Source of the DNA: an uncultured Gammaproteobacteria bacterium
GTDB lineage: Bacteria > Patescibacteriota > Microgenomatia > UBA12405
Direction of reading: 5' to 3'
NCBI GenBank assembly: GCA_964557475.1
Contig: CAZLAG010000002.1
Span: 1 to 39,550 of the forward strand
Length of the DNA stretch: 39,550 nucleotides
The notes under the pieces were generated by a model. That model saw only the letters and a program-made list of their open reading frames with translations. It did not search any database and was not told the origin of the DNA. Within the stretch, counting starts at the first letter, position 1. Each line of letters starts with the position of its first letter. Positions 36,948 to 39,550 of this stretch are shown one piece after another. Both the position numbers and the translations under genes were made by a program.

Positions 36948-37744
36948 AACAAGTTAAACCAAAACTGTACGATCAAAAATATTTTGACTATCAATCAACT
37001 TCGCCAGATTTTTCTCAAAAATTAACCAAAAATAATTTCCACAAAAAATATCAAGAAATCACCAATCTTATTAAATTAAAACCGACAGACAAAGTTTGTG
37101 ATCTTGGTTGTGGTAATGGAGATCTTAGTTTTCTTCTCTTTCTAAAATATCAATGTCAAATAACTGCTATTGATTATTCATCAGATGCTATCAAAATTTG
37201 CAAAACAAAACTTACTAAGTTTAAAAAAAACACTTTCAAACAAGTAAATATAAAATTTTATAATTTAGATAATCTTCACTTACCAACACTAAAAAATATT
37301 CAAGTTGTCTATTTTTGTGATGTTTTTGAACATTTATATCCAGAAGAAATCAATTTTGTTGTAAACTCTGTTTCCAAATGGGGGAGCCCCAAAATTATTG
37401 TTCATACCGACAATAATCTTTATTTAAAATTAGTTCAACCGATAATTGACATCTTGTCCTTAATAATGGGCAAAACTACTTTAAAACAAATCAAACAACG
37501 AAAAGAATTTGACCAAAAAAGGCACGTCAATCTTACCAGTCCACGACGACTACGAAAAACTATGAAAAAACTTGGTTATCAACAAACATTTTTAACTTAT
37601 CCAAACATTGACACTCAAACAATCAAAAATCAACTCGGCAAGTTGTCAAACTTTAAACCAATTATTAATTTGTCATTAGTAATTCTTCGATTATTTCCAT
37701 TTTTAATTCCCAGTTTCTATTGTCTATATACCAAAGATAATTAA
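36944..37744 (+). CDS. Class I SAM-dependent methyltransferase
   Basis: ATGA overlap. Motif I VCDLGCGNGDLS, and VVYFCDVFEHL. Confidence 0.8.
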   Translation: MKQVKPKLYDQKYFDYQSTSPDFSQKLTKNNFHKKYQEITNLIKLKPTDKVCDLGCGNGDLSFLLFLKYQCQITAIDYSSDAIKICKTKLTKFKKNTFKQVNIKFYNLDNLHLPTLKNIQVVYFCDVFEHLYPEEINFVVNSVSKWGSPKIIVHTDNNLYLKLVQPIIDILSLIMGKTTLKQIKQRKEFDQKRHVNLTSPRRLRKTMKKLGYQQTFLTYPNIDTQTIKNQLGKLSNFKPIINLSLVILRLFPFLIPSFYCLYTKDN

Positions 37745-39468
37745 TTATCGATACTTTTTAATAAATTTACTGCATCAGTAAAATTTGGGATTTGTGCCAC
37801 AATAAGTCGCAAAATTTCTTTTGCTTTATCTATTTCGCCTTTTTTAATATCGACATATGCTTCTATATACCAAACTTGAGCATCGTTTGGATAAATTTTC
37901 TTCAAAGATTCTACATCTTTAGTAGCTGAATCATAATCACCCGAAATCATATCAACTTGGATTAAACTTAAATAAGTTTGTTGCATCATCGGATTAAAAG
38001 ATAACGCTGTCAAATAACTATCTCTTGCTAAATCCAATCTGCCCATTTTATAAAAAATATTTGCTCTATTATGAAAAGCATCGGCATAGTTTGGCTTTAC
38101 TATAGTTGATTGAGTAAATCCTTTAACAGCATTTAAATATTGATTCATTTTCCCCTCATTTGTTTTTTCTAACTGAGCTAATTTATCATAATCATCTCCA
38201 ATATTATTCCAAGCATTATGACTATTTGGTGACACCTGACAAGCACTCACCCATAAATTATGATTTGTTTGCCAGTCAATATTTCTAAAAAATGTTCTCG
38301 TTGCATAAGCCATTATTAACAAAACCAAAAGTATCATTGATAATAATTTTGTTTTATTGTTTATTTTTTCCCAAATAATCGATAAAAACATACACCATCC
38401 CAATGATCCCAAAAAAACATATCGTTCGGCTACTAACCAGCTTATTTTTACTGGTGCCATACTTGGAGCAGTTGCCAAAAATATAAAAGATAAAGCAAAA
38501 AACATTTTTTTATTTTTAAAAAAAGAAAAACCAATCAAAGATAAAAATACTAATAATATTGACCAATTAATCCAAGTAGGGACGACATACATTGTATGAT
38601 ACAAGGTTAAATCTGTTGGCAACCAAATAAGTTGCAAATATTTTGCAATTGCAGTTGGGTATTGAAAAAATGGATTATAAAAAATACTATCAGAGGCATT
38701 TATTCCTGAATTGACCGATTCAATTCTATTAATCATTTGTGGCCAAAGAACCACAATTAATATAAAAAATAATCCACTAAACAATAATAATATTTTTCCT
38801 AAATTTATTTTCTTTTTTAGTTTATGGTCGAAAGACACCCAATAAAGTATTCCTAATAATGGCAAAGCCGCTGCTCTTGTTTTTTCAGCAGCAAATGTCA
38901 AAAATGCTGATACGAAAAAATACGAAATATATTTTTTATTTTCTGTTTTGGTATATAAAATAAAAAATATCAACGATAACAAAACAAACAAGGCATTCAA
39001 TAAATACGGTCTTCCCGCAATCCAAGATACCGTTTCCACATGGACTGGTAACACTGAAAATAAAATAGTCGTAATCATGGCCAAGTTTTTTCCCAAAATC
39101 AAATACACAAAAACAAATGCCACTAGTAATACCAACAAATAAACCAACAAACTAAAAACATGATAATGAATTGGACTATCGATACCAAACAAACGCGCCA
39201 AAAACCAATTAATCAACCCACCCATCCAACCACTTAATCCGTTTTTAAAACTCATTATTTGAGGATTGTTGGGAATGGTAGCGTAATCATCTGATACAAA
39301 AGCACCTTTTAATGAATTAAAAAATATACCAATTGTTCCCAAAAATAAAAGCATTAAAAACTTCCAATTCTCTTTGATAATTCCCCTAAAACCAGGCAAT
39401 TCCACTGATTCCTTTTTTATTTCAATTTTTTCCTCTCTTCTTATTTTCTTTAACCTCTTTTGGGACAT
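37741..39468 (-). CDS. TMTC-like GT-C glycosyltransferase fused to C-terminal TPR repeats (candidate protein O-glycosyltransferase)
   Basis: 575 aa. After TM1 comes GAFVSDDYATIPNNPQI, which matches the F-V-x-D-D-x-x-A-I-x-N-N signature of TMTC-type enzymes. About 10 TM segments. The last ~170 aa have TPR-like repeats (YADAFHNRANIFYKMGRLDLARDSYLTALSFNP..., DAQVWYIEAYVDIKKGEIDKAKEIL). Confidence 0.8.
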   Translation of the reverse strand: MSQKRLKKIRREEKIEIKKESVELPGFRGIIKENWKFLMLLFLGTIGIFFNSLKGAFVSDDYATIPNNPQIMSFKNGLSGWMGGLINWFLARLFGIDSPIHYHVFSLLVYLLVLLVAFVFVYLILGKNLAMITTILFSVLPVHVETVSWIAGRPYLLNALFVLLSLIFFILYTKTENKKYISYFFVSAFLTFAAEKTRAAALPLLGILYWVSFDHKLKKKINLGKILLLFSGLFFILIVVLWPQMINRIESVNSGINASDSIFYNPFFQYPTAIAKYLQLIWLPTDLTLYHTMYVVPTWINWSILLVFLSLIGFSFFKNKKMFFALSFIFLATAPSMAPVKISWLVAERYVFLGSLGWCMFLSIIWEKINNKTKLLSMILLVLLIMAYATRTFFRNIDWQTNHNLWVSACQVSPNSHNAWNNIGDDYDKLAQLEKTNEGKMNQYLNAVKGFTQSTIVKPNYADAFHNRANIFYKMGRLDLARDSYLTALSFNPMMQQTYLSLIQVDMISGDYDSATKDVESLKKIYPNDAQVWYIEAYVDIKKGEIDKAKEILRLIVAQIPNFTDAVNLLKSIDN

Positions 39469-39550
39469 AAATAATTCTACCAGCTATTTACTATTAGCTA
39501 ATATCTAATTTACTAAAGAATTCTCCCAACTTTTCTTCACTATGTCTCAA

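Noticed and set aside
37766-37782. Hairpin tttactg-cat-cagtaaa (7-bp stem, extendable by three A-T pairs across a 1-nt bulge), 22 nt downstream of the plus-operon stop. A similar element, tctaaat-N7-atttaga, lies at 11691-11711 spanning the stop of 10357-11700. Both were considered as intrinsic terminators.
   Set aside because: The stems are almost entirely A-T (one or two G-C pairs). They are not followed by a clear U-tract and lie inside the convergent genes' coding sequence. Stems of this size are plausible by chance in AT-rich DNA.
1-39550. Possible alternative genetic code (for example UGA recoded, as in some CPR lineages).
   Set aside because: TGA terminates ORFs exactly at nine ATGA start/stop overlaps. 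All long ORFs are full-length under the standard bacterial code, and no family-conserved region is interrupted by an in-frame stop.
39494-39550. Open minus-strand frame running into the window edge (...SEEKLGEFFSKLDIS, stop at 39496-39494), possibly the 3' end of another gene upstream of the TMTC-like gene.
   Set aside because: Only 18 codons are visible, too few to tell from chance. It is noted because it would leave just 25 nt before the ATG at 39468.

Overview
This 39.55-kb window is very AT-rich (roughly 70% or more A+T by eye) and almost entirely coding. I call 33 CDS. I see no rRNA, tRNA, CRISPR array, transposase, integrase or phage genes. The standard bacterial code fits: TGA works as a stop in nine ATGA start/stop overlaps. 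The whole window is one glycosylation locus. Thirteen genes are soluble or membrane-anchored Leloir-type glycosyltransferases (ten GT2/GT-A-like, three GT4/GT-B-like). Thirteen more are large polytopic membrane proteins with GT-C hallmarks:
- six ArnT/PMT-like;
- two PTPS-related/YfhO-like;
- two ALG6/8- or Gpi18-like, plus one relative;
- one TMTC-like GT-C-TPR fusion;
- one orphan.

The remaining genes are one MOP/Wzx-type flippase, a B12-binding radical SAM enzyme, a SPASM/twitch-type radical SAM enzyme, a hexapeptide-repeat acetyltransferase, two SAM-dependent methyltransferases and a small membrane-anchored four-Cys protein. I recognise no initiating phosphoglycosyltransferase, no nucleotide-sugar synthesis genes, no Wzz/ABC exporter and no regulator.

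The organisation is unusual. Most genes are translationally coupled and almost none has a Shine-Dalgarno sequence. All three convergent gene junctions overlap (35, 75 and 4 nt). The two divergent junctions are only about 20 and 39 nt, and the 39-nt one holds a perfect 17-bp palindrome. Operon-first genes have -10-like hexamers 5-14 nt from their start codons.

The best candidate for an undescribed system is an extracytoplasmic, lipid-donor-driven glycan or protein-glycosylation assembly line with an extreme GT-C paralogue expansion. By inference only, the host is a CPR/Patescibacteria-like bacterium. All family assignments come from motif recognition by eye, not from searches.
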